Shown here: positions 41,935 to 52,945 of the stretch, in pieces
Layout: each line of letters opens with the position of its first letter
Position numbering within the stretch: position 1 is the first letter of the stretch
NCBI GenBank assembly: GCA_946404215.1
Contig: CAMJCT010000004.1
Location: 22,847 to 86,846, forward strand
Direction: 5' to 3'
From: an uncultured Clostridium sp.
GTDB lineage: Bacteria > Bacillota > Clostridia > TANB77 > CAG-508
DNA length: 64,000 nucleotides
Made by a program: the position numbers and the translations under genes
The notes under the pieces: generated by a model
Database searches by the model: none
The model's input: the letters and a program-made list of their open reading frames with translations, nothing else
What the model was told of the DNA's origin: nothing

Positions 41935-43947
41935 ATGGATTTAAATATGAATATAGAGGGTAAGCTATTAGCAGGCAGATACGAAATTATCGAAAAAATA
42001 GGTAATGGGGGAATGGCTACTGTATATAAAGCAACAGACAAAGTATTAAAGAGAAATGTAGCAATAAAGATATTAAGGGATGAATTTACCACAGATGAAG
42101 AATTTATAAGAAGATTTGAAGTAGAAGCACAATCTGCAGCCAGATTAACACATGCAAATATAGTTTCAATATATGATGTAGGAGTAGAAGGAAATCTATA
42201 CTATATTGTAATGGAATTAATACAAGGTAAAACTTTAAAAGAAATTATTATAGAAGAAAGAGGACCATTACCTTGGAAATGGTCTGTAAATGTGGCTATT
42301 CAAATAGCATCAGCGTTAGAGATGGCTCATAGAAATAATATAGTACATAGAGATATAAAACCTCATAACATAATAATAACGGAAGATGGAGTAGCCAAGG
42401 TTACAGATTTTGGAATAGCAAAGGCAGTTTCAAATTCTACTATTACATCATTTGGAACCACGATAGGTTCTGTACACTACTTTTCACCAGAACAAGCAAG
42501 AGGTGGCTACACAGATGCAAAGTCAGATATATATTCATTAGGAGTTGTTATGTATGAAATGATAACTGGAAGAGTGCCATTTGATGCAGATACACCAGTT
42601 TCAGTAGCATTAAAGCATATGCAAGAAGAGCCAGAAGAGCCAATAAAATTAAATCCAAACATTCCAGTTTCAATTAATAAAATAATAATGAAAGCCATCC
42701 AAAAGGAAACAGGCTTAAGATATCAAACAGCGACCGAAATGGTAACAGATTTAAAGAAAGCATTAAAGGATCCAGATGGAGATTTCGTTGAGGAACTAGA
42801 ATATGATCCTACTGCCAGAACGCAAGTAATAAATAGCCAGCAAATAGATGAAGAAAAAATTAAAAGTCAAAAAAACAGTTCAAAAGGAAAAAAAGAAAAT
42901 AAAATTAAAACATTTATAAAAAATCATAAGGTACTAAGTTCATTTATTGGAATTATTCTATTATTTGTAATAAGTTTGGGCACTACTCTATTTGTGTTAA
43001 ATATAACAAATCCTCCAGAGGTAGCAATGCCAAATGTTGTAGGATTAACCAAAGAAGAAGCTCAAAAACTAATAGAAGAAGCAAAACTTGTATTTGAAAT
43101 AGATAAAGAAGAATATGATAAAGATGTAGAAGAAGGTCATATAATATCTCAAGATCCAACGTACATGGAAAGATTTAATAAGGTTAAACAAGGAAGTACT
43201 GTAAAAGTTGTAGTAAGCAAAGGACAAGAAAAGACCAAGGTCCCTAATGTAAAAGGAAAAGGTAAAGAAGAGGCAATAAAAAGCATTGAAGATGCAAAAT
43301 TAAAATCAGAGATAATAGAAGAAAATAGCAAAACAGTAAAAGAAGGATATGTAATTAGCCAAGAAACTGATCCAGATACAGAAGTATTTGCTGGAGATGT
43401 TGTAAAAATACACATAAGCAAAGGTATAGAAAAAGCAGTTGTTCCAGATGTTGTGGGAAAATCAGAAGCAGAAGCAAAACAAGAATTAGAGGCTGAAGGG
43501 TTTGTGGTTGTAAAAGCATCATCAGAAGATAGTTCAAAGGCAAATGGTGTTGTATTAAAACAAAGTATAGATTCTGGTAAATCGGTAGAAAAAGGAAGTA
43601 GTGTAACAATAACAATAAATAGCTTTAAACAAAGTAAAACAGTAAAACTGATTATAAATGTTAAATCTTTAACAGGTGGATACTCTGAAGATAAAAAAGA
43701 AGCTGACACAGAAAACAACAATAACGAAAATTCAACTACAGCTACAGCTGTAGAAAAAAAGGTAAATGTTTCAGTATCAATAGATGGAAAAGAAGTTGAA
43801 ACAAGACAAAACATTGATAAAAATACAACTAATTTAGAAATACCAGTTAGTGGAGTAGGAACCCAAACAGTTACTGTAAATGCAGGAGGAGCAAAAACAA
43901 CTAAAACTATAGATTTTGAAAATTCTACCACTGTAAATATACAATAA
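41935..43947 (+). CDS. prkC: Ser/Thr protein kinase with extracellular PASTA repeats
   Basis: Kinase domain (GGMATVYKA...VAIK...HRDIKPHNII...DFGIAK), a TM segment, then three PASTA-like repeats (...VPNVVGLT..., VPNVKGK..., VPDVVGKS...). Confidence 0.85.
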   Translation: MDLNMNIEGKLLAGRYEIIEKIGNGGMATVYKATDKVLKRNVAIKILRDEFTTDEEFIRRFEVEAQSAARLTHANIVSIYDVGVEGNLYYIVMELIQGKTLKEIIIEERGPLPWKWSVNVAIQIASALEMAHRNNIVHRDIKPHNIIITEDGVAKVTDFGIAKAVSNSTITSFGTTIGSVHYFSPEQARGGYTDAKSDIYSLGVVMYEMITGRVPFDADTPVSVALKHMQEEPEEPIKLNPNIPVSINKIIMKAIQKETGLRYQTATEMVTDLKKALKDPDGDFVEELEYDPTARTQVINSQQIDEEKIKSQKNSSKGKKENKIKTFIKNHKVLSSFIGIILLFVISLGTTLFVLNITNPPEVAMPNVVGLTKEEAQKLIEEAKLVFEIDKEEYDKDVEEGHIISQDPTYMERFNKVKQGSTVKVVVSKGQEKTKVPNVKGKGKEEAIKSIEDAKLKSEIIEENSKTVKEGYVISQETDPDTEVFAGDVVKIHISKGIEKAVVPDVVGKSEAEAKQELEAEGFVVVKASSEDSSKANGVVLKQSIDSGKSVEKGSSVTITINSFKQSKTVKLIINVKSLTGGYSEDKKEADTENNNNENSTTATAVEKKVNVSVSIDGKEVETRQNIDKNTTNLEIPVSGVGTQTVTVNAGGAKTTKTIDFENSTTVNIQ

Positions 43948-43977
43948 TTAAACAATTATGAGAAATTAAAATAATTA

Positions 43978-44006
43978 AAAAGAATGGAAATATCCATTCT
44001 TTTTAG
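43978..44006 (+). terminator. Rho-independent terminator after prkC
   Basis: agaatgga-aatat-tccattct followed by ttttag. Confidence 0.6.
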
Positions 44007-44021
44007 CAAAGAGAGGGAGTA

Positions 44022-44957
44022 ATGCAGGGTTTAGTTATAGAAAATATTGCGAATTTATATAAAGTAAAAGTAGAAGAAAATGAACAAATAGACTGTCCTA
44101 AAAGCTTAAATAGTATTGAAACAAAAAGCGTAGTATATGATGCTACTGCAAGAGGAAAGTTTAAAAAGGATGAAACAACTCCAGTTGTAGGAGATATTGT
44201 AGAAATAAGTATTGTAAATAAGGAAAATAGAACAGCTGTAATAGAAAAAATACAAAATAGAGAAATATACATTAAAAGACCTAAGATGGCAAATATTACA
44301 CAAATAATATTTGTATTATCAAGTAAAGACCCTAAACCGGATTTATTAATGCTAGATAAACAATTATCATTTGCTGAATTTATTGGAGTAAAAAGTATAA
44401 TAGTTTTAAACAAAACAGATTTAGATAATAGACAAGAATTTAAGAACATAAAAAATGTATATCAAAAAATAGGATATAACGTTGTAGAAACGCAGGCTAA
44501 GACTAAAAAAGGTATAAAAGAATTAAAAGAATTATTAAAAGGAAATATAAATGCTTTTTCAGGAAATTCTGGAGTTGGCAAGTCAACATTAATTAATGGT
44601 ATTTTTAATAAGGATATTACATTAGAAGGAGAAATAAGTAAAAAAAATAAAAGAGGAAAAAATACTACTACAACAGTTAAATTATATGAAATTGATAAAG
44701 ATACATATATAGCAGATACGCCTGGATTTTCTACTTTTGAAATCACTGAAATAGAGAGCAAGGATTTAGCAAGATATTTTAAAGAATTTAGAAATAAAAT
44801 AGTAGATTGTGAATTTGTTGGATGTAAACATATAAAGGAAGAAAAATGTGGCATAAAAGAAGCAATTAGAAAAGGTGAAATAAGTATAGATAGATATCAA
44901 AGATTTTGTAAGATATATGAAGAACTAAAAGAAAAGGAGGATAAAAGAAAATGGTAG
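44022..44957 (+). CDS. rsgA: ribosome small-subunit biogenesis GTPase RsgA
   Basis: OB domain, circularly permuted GTPase (VLNKTDL...; FSGNSGVGKSTLIN; DTPGF), C-terminal Zn-finger (CEFVGCKH...C). Confidence 0.8.
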   Translation: MQGLVIENIANLYKVKVEENEQIDCPKSLNSIETKSVVYDATARGKFKKDETTPVVGDIVEISIVNKENRTAVIEKIQNREIYIKRPKMANITQIIFVLSSKDPKPDLLMLDKQLSFAEFIGVKSIIVLNKTDLDNRQEFKNIKNVYQKIGYNVVETQAKTKKGIKELKELLKGNINAFSGNSGVGKSTLINGIFNKDITLEGEISKKNKRGKNTTTTVKLYEIDKDTYIADTPGFSTFEITEIESKDLARYFKEFRNKIVDCEFVGCKHIKEEKCGIKEAIRKGEISIDRYQRFCKIYEELKEKEDKRKW

Positions 44958-45613
44958 AAGTATCAACATCTATTTTATCAATAAAAGAAGAAAATGCAAC
45001 TGAAGATTTTTTAAAGTTAGAAACTTCCAAAACAGATTATTTTCATATAGATGTAATGGATGGTAAATTTGTAGAAAAAAATACATATGAAAAGATGCTA
45101 CAATATACATCATATATAAAAAGAATATCAAATTTACCATTGGATATTCATCTAATGGTAGAAGATATAAAAACAGCAATAGATGATTTTATATCAGTAG
45201 AGCCCAATATAATAACATTTCATTATGAAGCATGCAAAAACAAAGAAGAAGTATATGACATAATAAATTATATAAAAGAAAATAATTGTAGAGTAGGAAT
45301 ATCAGTAAAGCCAAATACAGAAATAGAGGAAATATATGAATTTCTCCCATATGTACATATATGTTTAGTAATGACTGTAGAACCTGGAAAAGGAGGACAA
45401 ACACTACTAACAGAAATGATACATAAAATAGAAAAATTAAAAAAATATATAACTGAAAATAACATTGAAATTGAAATAGAAGCAGATGGAGGAATTAATT
45501 TAAAAACAGCACCAGAAATAAAAAAAGCTGGAACAAATATATTAGTATCTGGAACAGCTATATTAAAGGCTCAAAATTATAAAGAAATAATAGACGAATT
45601 GAGGGTGATTTAA
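44951..45613 (+). CDS. rpe: ribulose-phosphate 3-epimerase
   Basis: ILSIKEENATEDFLKLE... should be read with the full sequence: ...SILS...FHIDVMDGKFV...LDIHLMV...VEPGKGGQ...ADGGIN. The last 4 codons lie inside the downstream palindrome. Confidence 0.8.
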   Translation: MVEVSTSILSIKEENATEDFLKLETSKTDYFHIDVMDGKFVEKNTYEKMLQYTSYIKRISNLPLDIHLMVEDIKTAIDDFISVEPNIITFHYEACKNKEEVYDIINYIKENNCRVGISVKPNTEIEEIYEFLPYVHICLVMTVEPGKGGQTLLTEMIHKIEKLKKYITENNIEIEIEADGGINLKTAPEIKKAGTNILVSGTAILKAQNYKEIIDELRVI

Positions 45614-45690
45614 GGGACACCTTCCAAAAACACCTTGAGTGATTAATCACTCAAGGTGTTTTTGGAAGGTGTCCCTTAAATCACCCTATT
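45601..45690. repeat. 88-bp near-perfect palindrome (GGACACCTTCCAAAAACACC family) between the convergent rpe and DUF4097-like genes
   Basis: gagggtgatttaagggacaccttccaaaaacaccttgagtgattaatcactcaaggtgtttttggaaggtgtcccttaaatcaccct. The 70-bp core is perfect. It spans both stop codons. Confidence 0.8.
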
Positions 45691-46879
45691 TCTTTATAAC
45701 TAGATTTGAAACAACAATACCAGTTCCTAGAATAACTAATGCTAGTGATATTAAACCTCCCAAAATAGGAATTAAACATACTAACCAAGTTACTATTGCT
45801 GAAATAACTAAAATTCCAAATTTAATAAGTAATTTCTCGATTTTTAATTTATTACAAATTAAGTTATTAATTGATATTACTGTTATAGAAGAACTTATAC
45901 CTAGTAAAGTAAACAGTACTGGCAATAATAAAATTGCAAATGAAGATGTAATACCAGTAATTAACAATATTATAAATGCAATTATTAATGCAATAGGTGT
46001 AAGAAGTCCAAGACCTATAACAGGTAGAGTTTTCTTAGCAAGTAAATTATCGCATGATTTTATAAATTTAGGTGTTAACCAAAGGCCAACTAACCAAATA
46101 AGAACAATAGTACTTACAAATGTAGCTAATGACATAATATATGATGATATTGATTTTTCATCTGTGTCATGAGCAATCTTAGTAAATTTAATACTACCAT
46201 TAACATTTTCCTGTGATAAAGGTAATTCTTCTTCTGAAGAATATTCTAAATTTCCTGCAATTCTTCCGCTAGATTTAGTTGTAAATTCTGAATTTTCTTC
46301 AGATTCTTCTGTTGAAGTAGTTTCATCAACAAAGTTTAATTTTTCGCAATTTACAAAAGCGTTTCTACCTACTGTTCCAAATATATTTAAAGAGTTTGCA
46401 GATACTTTTATATCTCTATAAACATATCCTGAAATATTCAAATCTTTACAAACAGAGTATAAATCATATACAATACCTTTAATATTTACAGTCTCTGCTG
46501 CAACAAACATATTACTGAAGATATATCCTTTTTCACTAACATTAACTGATTTAGCTAAAATAAAAGCATCTCCACCAATTTGAGAGTCTATAGTTACAGA
46601 ATTTGCAATAATAAATAAATTACCATCTACTATATAATCTATAGTTACATTATCACCTGTTAAATAAACATCTTCTTTCTTTAAAGTATTTTCTTCTGAA
46701 TTTTGTTCTATAATTTCATTTGAATCTTCAGAAGAATCCAAATTAGAGTCTGTTACTATAGAAACGTCGTCATCTGCATTAGCTTCTATGTCTTCATTAT
46801 GTGCAATAACTACAGGAAAAGTTAAAGACAAAACAAGAAGTACAATTAGAGCAATAATGCTAATTCTTTTTTTAATCAT
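45686..46879 (-). CDS. membrane protein with beta-helical repeat domain (DUF4097/bactofilin-like putative adhesin) and C-terminal multi-TM region
   Basis: Signal/TM at N-terminus, acidic linker, repeated V.V.T..G strands (GDNVTIDYIVDGNLFIIANSVTIDSQIGGDAFI...), then 4-5 TM helices. The ATG at 46879, after GGAGG, is the preferred start. Confidence 0.45.
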   Translation of the reverse strand: MIKKRISIIALIVLLVLSLTFPVVIAHNEDIEANADDDVSIVTDSNLDSSEDSNEIIEQNSEENTLKKEDVYLTGDNVTIDYIVDGNLFIIANSVTIDSQIGGDAFILAKSVNVSEKGYIFSNMFVAAETVNIKGIVYDLYSVCKDLNISGYVYRDIKVSANSLNIFGTVGRNAFVNCEKLNFVDETTSTEESEENSEFTTKSSGRIAGNLEYSSEEELPLSQENVNGSIKFTKIAHDTDEKSISSYIMSLATFVSTIVLIWLVGLWLTPKFIKSCDNLLAKKTLPVIGLGLLTPIALIIAFIILLITGITSSFAILLLPVLFTLLGISSSITVISINNLICNKLKIEKLLIKFGILVISAIVTWLVCLIPILGGLISLALVILGTGIVVSNLVIKK

Positions 46880-46999
46880 ATAAAAACCTCCTAATAAAAT
46901 ATATGTATACATGCAAAATATATATCTTTATAAAGAAAATGTCAATCGAAAAATATACAATTTTATATTTTTTTACAAAATACTACAAATTTTTTGACG

Positions 47000-47622
47000 T
47001 TACGATTTGTTATTGTTTTTACAAAACTTACTAATAGGGCAGTCATTGCATTTTGGATTTCTTGCAGTGCATGTAGTTCTTCCATGCCATACAAGTAAAT
47101 GATTTAAGTCTTTTAAATATTCTTTTGGAAAAAGTTTGATTAAATCTTGTTCTATTTTTTCTGGGTCTTTTTTATCTGATAATCCAACAAGATTAGATAT
47201 TCTTTTTACATGTGTATCAACAGCTATTCCTTCAGCAATACCAAAAACCTCCAGTAAAATCACATTTGCAGATTTTCTACCAATACCTGCTAAAGAAGTA
47301 AGTTCTTTCATAGTATGAGGAACCACTCCACCAAAGTCATCTAAAATCTGTTTTGCACATAATTTAATATTCTTAGCTTTATTCCTGTAAAATCCACAAG
47401 GATGTACAAGATGTTCCAATTCTTTTATGTCTATGTTTACAAAATCCTCAATAGTTTTACATTTTGAAAATAATAAAGGAGTTGTCTTATTTACTCTTTC
47501 ATCAGTACATTGAGCAGAAAGCATAACACTAACTACAAGTTCAAAAGGTGTATTAAAATTTAAACTACAACCTGCATATGGATATTTATTTTTTAAGCAT
47601 AAAACGAATTCTTTTGTGTCTT
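47000..47622 (-). CDS. nth: endonuclease III
   Basis: HhH-GPD fold (LTSLAGIGRKSANVIL) and the C-terminal 4Fe-4S cluster loop (CTARNPKCNDCPISKFC). Internal ATG chosen as start. Confidence 0.8.
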
Positions 47623-47846
47623 TTTTTTGCATATAATTTTCAACCCTTTCAATTATAAATAGTATAAGTAATATTATTTTACAAAAAAATACATAAAACG
47701 TCAATTTGTTATAGAATTCCTATTATACATAAAAAGGAACAAATAATTTTTTAAATAATATAATATATAAAAAACAAAACTAGTAGATTAAAAAAATTTT
47801 CTATTAGAAATAGTCAATAAAATTCATAAAAAATGGAGGAAATAGG

Positions 47847-47996
47847 ATGGGAAGATTTTTAAAAAAAACATTAGCAGTTTGCCTAATTGGACTTGGATTA
47901 GGAATATTATTGGTCCTATTACTACCAATAACTGGATGGTTGTTTATTATAGGAGTAAGCATTGTATGTGTGGGTTTTATGTGGCTAGCATGCTAA
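47847..47996 (+). CDS. small hydrophobic membrane protein (49 aa)
   Basis: GGAGGA RBS 6 nt upstream. MGRFLKKTLAVCLIGLGLGILLVLLLPITGWLFIIGVSIVCVGFMWLAC. Not in the ORF track because it is below the length cut-off. Confidence 0.3.
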   Translation: MGRFLKKTLAVCLIGLGLGILLVLLLPITGWLFIIGVSIVCVGFMWLAC

Positions 47997-48135
47997 AAAG
48001 GAGGTAAATACATATGACTATTGTAGTAAAAAAGGTACCTAAGTGTTTAAGGGGATTTGTAAAATTGATTTTTGGAATTAAAGATTAAAATACTATATTG
48101 TAAAACTATTAAAATCATAAAATAAATTTAATAAA

Positions 48136-48160
48136 ACAAAAAAAGAGCATTAAGCTCTTT
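48136..48160 (-). terminator. Rho-independent terminator for rpmB (minus strand)
   Basis: Plus-strand aaaaagagc-atta-gctcttttt. On the minus strand the stem is followed by a T-run. Confidence 0.6.
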
Positions 48161-48347
48161 TTACTTTACCATCTTTTAAACACTTAGCACATACATAAAT
48201 TCTTTTTGTTTCACCGTTTACATCAACGGCAACTCTTCTTAAATTAGGTTTCCATGTACGTGGAGATCTCTTACTTATATGAGAACGAGTAATACTAAGT
48301 TTATTTCCATGATTAGCTGTTTTTTCACATATTGCACATTTAGCCAT
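48150..48347 (-). CDS. rpmB: 50S ribosomal protein L28
   Basis: MAKCAICEKTANHGNKLSITRSHISKRSPRTWKPNLRRV...RIYVCAKCLK matches bL28. Confidence 0.8.
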   Translation of the reverse strand: MAKCAICEKTANHGNKLSITRSHISKRSPRTWKPNLRRVAVDVNGETKRIYVCAKCLKDGKVKRA

Positions 48348-48509
48348 TCTTAATTGCACCTCCTAAATAACTTAAATAAATTGACTATTAATAAGTCTAA
48401 CACAAATAATAAAAAAAAACAAGTATTTTTTAAAAAATATAAAAAATTCCTTGCAAAATAGGAAAAATATGGTATAATAATTAAGCTATATGATAAAAAA
48501 GGAAAGGAT

Positions 48510-49805
48510 TTGAAAAAAATGAATTGTAAAGTAGAAAAAACAAAAAACGCAAATGAAGTAAAATTAGAAATAACAATTGAGTCTGGAAAATTTGATGAAG
48601 CAATAAAAAAAGTATATTTTAAAAGTGCAAAATATTTCAATATACCTGGTTTTAGAAAAGGAAAGGCTCCAATGCAAATAGTAGAAAAATATTATGGAAA
48701 AGAAATTTTCTATGAGGATGCATTTAATGAAATAGCTCAAGAAGCTTTAGAAGAAGCTGTAAAAGAAAATAGTTTAGAAATAGTAAGTAGACCTGAAATA
48801 GATGTTACACAAATTGAAAAAGGAAAAGACCTAATATTTACAGCAGTAATGCAAACTAAGCCAGAAGCTGAACTTGGAAAATATAAAGGAATAGAAATAA
48901 AGAAAATAGAGTATAATGTTACAGACGAAGATATAGAACATGAGTTAAAACATATGCAAGAACATAATAGCAGAGTTATAACAATAGAAGATAGAGCTGT
49001 AGAAAGCGGAGATATAGCAACAATAGATTTTGAAGGATTTGTAGATGGAAAAGCATTTGAAGGTGGAAAAGCCAAAGGACATGATTTAGAAATAGGAAGC
49101 AACACATTTATTCCAGGTTTTGAAGACCAAGTAATAGGAATGAAAAAAGATGAAGAAAAAGACATAAAAGTAAAATTCCCAGACGAATATTTTTCAAAAG
49201 AATTAGCTGGTAAAGACGCAACATTTAAGGTAAAAGTAAATGAAATTAAGAAAAAAGAATTACCAGAGTTAGATGATGAATTTGCAAAAGATGTTAGCGA
49301 ATTTGATACTATTGCCGAACTAAAAGCAGACATTAAGGCAAAACAAGAAAAACAAAATGAAGAAAAAGCAAAATATGAAACACAAGAAGCTGTTATAAAA
49401 GCGGTTTGTGAAAATGTTAAAGTAGAAATTCCAACAGGAATGATAGAAACAGAAACAGAAAATATGCTAAAAGATATGGAACAAAGATTATCATATCAAG
49501 GCTTAAAATTAGAGCAATATCTTCAAATGATGGGAAAAACACAAGAAGATATGAAAAAAGAATATGAGCCTCAAGCAATAGAAGGTATTAAATCAAGATT
49601 AGCTTTAGAAGCAATAATAAAAGCAGAAAAGATAGAAGCCACAGATAAAGAAATTGATGAAAAATTAAAAGAAATGGCTAAAAACTATGGAAAAGAAAAT
49701 GATGAAGAATTTTTGAAAAATGAAAATGTAAGAAATTATATAAAACAAGGCATTACATCTGAAAAAGCAATAGATTTCTTAGTTAAAAATGCAAAAATAA
49801 AATAA
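48510..49805 (+). CDS. tig: trigger factor
   Basis: N-terminal ribosome-binding domain (GFRKGKAPM), central FKBP PPIase (DFEGFVDGKAFEGG), C-terminal arm. Directly upstream of clpP-clpX. Confidence 0.85.
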   Translation: MKKMNCKVEKTKNANEVKLEITIESGKFDEAIKKVYFKSAKYFNIPGFRKGKAPMQIVEKYYGKEIFYEDAFNEIAQEALEEAVKENSLEIVSRPEIDVTQIEKGKDLIFTAVMQTKPEAELGKYKGIEIKKIEYNVTDEDIEHELKHMQEHNSRVITIEDRAVESGDIATIDFEGFVDGKAFEGGKAKGHDLEIGSNTFIPGFEDQVIGMKKDEEKDIKVKFPDEYFSKELAGKDATFKVKVNEIKKKELPELDDEFAKDVSEFDTIAELKADIKAKQEKQNEEKAKYETQEAVIKAVCENVKVEIPTGMIETETENMLKDMEQRLSYQGLKLEQYLQMMGKTQEDMKKEYEPQAIEGIKSRLALEAIIKAEKIEATDKEIDEKLKEMAKNYGKENDEEFLKNENVRNYIKQGITSEKAIDFLVKNAKIK

Positions 49806-49954
49806 GTTTAAAAAGAAAGGTTGGGGGGAATTTTAAAAGAATTTTAATCCCAACCTAAATTTTATAAAAAAACTTGTTTATATTTTAAATTAATGATATA
49901 TAATTATAAATATAACAATTAAGAAAAAACTAATTGTTCAAAGGAGGAAAATTT

Positions 49955-50560
49955 ATGTTAGAAAAAAATAGTTTAGTACCATATGTTATTGAACAAACAA
50001 GCAAAGGTGAAAGGTCTTATGATATTTTTTCTAGATTATTAAAAGATAGAATAATATTTTTAGGAGAAGATGTTAATCAGGCTACATCTAGTCTAATAAT
50101 AGCACAATTATTATTTTTAGAATCAGAAGATCCTGATAAAGAAATATCATTATACATAAATTCACCAGGAGGTTCTATAACAGATGGAATGGGAATTATA
50201 GATACAATGAATTATATAAGTTGTCCAGTATCTACAATATGTATAGGAATGGCAGCAAGCATGGGGGCAGCGCTTCTTGCAGCTGGAGAAAAAGGAAGAA
50301 GATTTGCTACTCCAAATGCAGAAATTATGATCCACCAACCATTAATAGGCGGGGGAGGATTATCTGGTCAAGCAACAGAAATTAAAATTCACGCAGACCA
50401 TTTAGTAAGAACAAGAGAAAAATTAAACAGATTTTTAAGTGAAAGAACTGGTCAAACAATAGAAACAATTGAAAAAGACACAGAAAGAGATAACTATATG
50501 ACAGCAGAGGAAGCTCTAAAATATGGCTTAATAGACGGAATTATGGACAAAAGAAAATAA
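49955..50560 (+). CDS. clpP: ATP-dependent Clp protease proteolytic subunit
   Basis: ...[10 protein letters not shown]...[14 protein letters not shown]...[11 protein letters not shown]...MIHQP... The ATG at 49955 follows AGGAGG. Confidence 0.9.
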   Translation: MLEKNSLVPYVIEQTSKGERSYDIFSRLLKDRIIFLGEDVNQATSSLIIAQLLFLESEDPDKEISLYINSPGGSITDGMGIIDTMNYISCPVSTICIGMAASMGAALLAAGEKGRRFATPNAEIMIHQPLIGGGGLSGQATEIKIHADHLVRTREKLNRFLSERTGQTIETIEKDTERDNYMTAEEALKYGLIDGIMDKRK

Positions 50561-50580
50561 AAAATAAAGGAGAGAATTAT

Positions 50581-51900
50581 ATGGCAAATAAAGACACACC
50601 AAGAAGTGTAAGATGTTCTTTTTGTGGAAAGTCACAAGAAAATGTAAGAAAAATTGTAGCTGGACCAGGAGTATATATTTGTGACGAATGTGTAGAGCTT
50701 TGCACAAATATAATAGAATCTGAATTATATGAAGAAGATAAAGCAGGGTACACATTGAACGAACTAAGTAAGATTCCAAACCCAAAAGAAATAAAAGAAG
50801 TGTTAGATGATTATGTAATCGGCCAAGACAATGCTAAAAGGACATTAGCAGTAGCAGTTTATAATCATTATAAAAGAATAGCACATGAAGAAATAACAAA
50901 TAGTGATGATGTAGAAATTCAAAAAAGTAACATATTACTTTTAGGCCCTACAGGATGTGGAAAAACACTACTTGCAAGAACGTTGGCTAGAATTTTAAAT
51001 GTACCATTCGCTATAGCAGATGCAACAACACTTACAGAAGCAGGTTATGTTGGAGAAGATGTTGAAAATATATTACTTAAACTAATACAAGCGGCCGATG
51101 GAGATGTCCAAAAGGCAGAAAAAGGAATTATATATATAGATGAAATAGATAAAATAACAAGAAAATCTGAAAATCCATCTATAACAAGAGATGTTAGTGG
51201 AGAAGGAGTTCAACAAGCATTACTTAAAATAATAGAAGGAACTATAGCATCTGTACCGCCACAAGGAGGAAGGAAACATCCAAATCAAGAGTTAATACAA
51301 ATAAATACAGAAAATATTTTAATTATATGTGGAGGAGCTTTTGAGGGATTAGAAAACATAATAAGAGACAGAACAGGAGAGAAATTAATTGGTTTTGGAG
51401 CCAAAAGAAAAACACAAAAAGATATTAGTCAATATGAAATATTCCAAGAACTATTACCACAAGATTTATTAAAATTTGGATTGATACCTGAGTTTATTGG
51501 AAGATTACCAATAATTGCAACACTAAAGGATTTAGATAAAGAAGCACTAATAAAAATATTGGTAGAACCTAAAAATTCATTGGTAAAGCAATATCAAAAA
51601 CTATTTGAAATAGATGGTGTAGAATTAGTATTTGAACAAGAATCTCTAGAAGCAATTGTTGAAAAAGCAATAGAAAGAAAAACAGGTGCAAGAGGACTTC
51701 GTTCAATTATAGAGGAAATAATGAGAGATATAATGTTTGAAATCCCATCTAATCCAAATATAGAAAAATGTATTATTACAAAAGGTACCGTTCTAAATGG
51801 AGAAGGTCCACAAATAATTATTGGTGAGAATAAAAATAAAAATAAAACAGAAAAGAAAAAAAGACAGACACCAAATTCAGAAGCAAAAGAGACTGCATAG
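50581..51900 (+). CDS. clpX: ATP-dependent Clp protease ATP-binding subunit ClpX
   Basis: Zn-finger (CSFCGKSQ...CDEC), Walker A (GPTGCGKT), Walker B (IIYIDEIDK), ClpX signatures. Confidence 0.9.
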   Translation: MANKDTPRSVRCSFCGKSQENVRKIVAGPGVYICDECVELCTNIIESELYEEDKAGYTLNELSKIPNPKEIKEVLDDYVIGQDNAKRTLAVAVYNHYKRIAHEEITNSDDVEIQKSNILLLGPTGCGKTLLARTLARILNVPFAIADATTLTEAGYVGEDVENILLKLIQAADGDVQKAEKGIIYIDEIDKITRKSENPSITRDVSGEGVQQALLKIIEGTIASVPPQGGRKHPNQELIQINTENILIICGGAFEGLENIIRDRTGEKLIGFGAKRKTQKDISQYEIFQELLPQDLLKFGLIPEFIGRLPIIATLKDLDKEALIKILVEPKNSLVKQYQKLFEIDGVELVFEQESLEAIVEKAIERKTGARGLRSIIEEIMRDIMFEIPSNPNIEKCIITKGTVLNGEGPQIIIGENKNKNKTEKKKRQTPNSEAKETA

Positions 51901-51940
51901 TGCAAACAAATATAAAATAAATTCATAATAGACATCTAGT

Positions 51941-51974
51941 ACCCCATATTATTTAATATGGGGTATTTTGTTTT
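51941..51974 (+). terminator. Rho-independent terminator after clpX
   Basis: accccatat-tatttaa-atatggggt followed by attttgtttt. Confidence 0.65.
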
Positions 51975-52052
51975 AGGAAAATTAGTAATTTCTTAAATTA
52001 TTTTCCAAACAAAATATTAGCCATTTTACAAATCAAGAAAGGAATGATTTTT

Positions 52053-52829
52053 ATGAAAGTTTTAACACTAAAAAAGAAAAGCATTTTAAAAACAGCAATA
52101 GTTATTATATTTACATTAACAGTATTTACTTTTTCAACATCTTTAGGAATGCAACATTATTACAATACAGGATTTTCAACAGGTTTAGTTACAGCAACTA
52201 CTTTAAATGTAAGAAGCGGACCAGGTATACAATATAAAGTAGTAGCAACAGTTAATAAAAATGAATATATAAGAGTGTTTGCAGGAATAGGAGACTGGTA
52301 TATTGTTCAAGTAGAAGGAGATTATGTGGGAGCTGTAAGTAAAAAATATATAAAACCAATTTATCCAAATGCAACAAATACAGGAGGAATAACAAGTGTA
52401 AATACATCTAATAGTAACTCAAACAACAATACAGTTTCAAGTAGTATGAATGCAGACGAAAAAGAAGTGTTTGATTTAATAAATAAACAAAGAACTAATA
52501 ATGGACTTCAGCCATTAAAAGTAGATGAAGAAGTTCAAAAAGTTGCAAGAATTAAAGCACAAGATATGGTGCAGAATAATTATTTTTCACATGAATCACC
52601 AACATATGGTTCACCATTTGATATGTTAAAAAGTTTTAAGGTTTCGTATAGAACTGCTGGAGAAAATATTGCAGCAAATTCAAGTAATAGTGGAGCTGTA
52701 ACAGCATGGATGAACTCTTCTGGACATAAAGCAAATATTTTAAATAGTAATTTTAACTATACCGGAATAGGAGTAGTAAGTAGCTCTAAATATGGGAAAA
52801 TATTTGTACAACAGTTTATTGGTAAATAG
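52053..52829 (+). CDS. secreted SH3b-domain plus CAP/SCP (YkwD-like) domain protein
   Basis: Signal peptide, SH3_3-like (ATTLNVRSGPG...DWYIV...), C-terminal CAP domain (NYFSHESP...GENIA...GHKANIL). The stop codon abuts a solo MITE TIR. Confidence 0.65.
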   Translation: MKVLTLKKKSILKTAIVIIFTLTVFTFSTSLGMQHYYNTGFSTGLVTATTLNVRSGPGIQYKVVATVNKNEYIRVFAGIGDWYIVQVEGDYVGAVSKKYIKPIYPNATNTGGITSVNTSNSNSNNNTVSSSMNADEKEVFDLINKQRTNNGLQPLKVDEEVQKVARIKAQDMVQNNYFSHESPTYGSPFDMLKSFKVSYRTAGENIAANSSNSGAVTAWMNSSGHKANILNSNFNYTGIGVVSSSKYGKIFVQQFIGK

Positions 52830-52849
52830 TTACTGTTCAGTCTTAAAAT
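52828..52849. repeat. solo copy of the MITE left terminal repeat (AGTTACTGTTCAGTCTTAAAAT)
   Basis: 22/22 identical to 13484-13505. No matching right end nearby. Confidence 0.6.
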
Positions 52850-52945
52850 ATAGAAAAAAATATTTTACAAAACATTGAAACCCAAAATTCGATGTGATAG
52901 AATATGAAAGGAAAAACGAAGTAATGCTAAAATGGAGGAGTAATC

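Noticed and set aside
48014-48088. A 24-codon ORF (MTIVVKKVPKCLRGFVKLIFGIKD) after AAGGAGG
   Set aside because: It has a good RBS but is too short, with no recognisable features, to call. The neighbouring 49-aa hydrophobic ORF is reported at low confidence instead.
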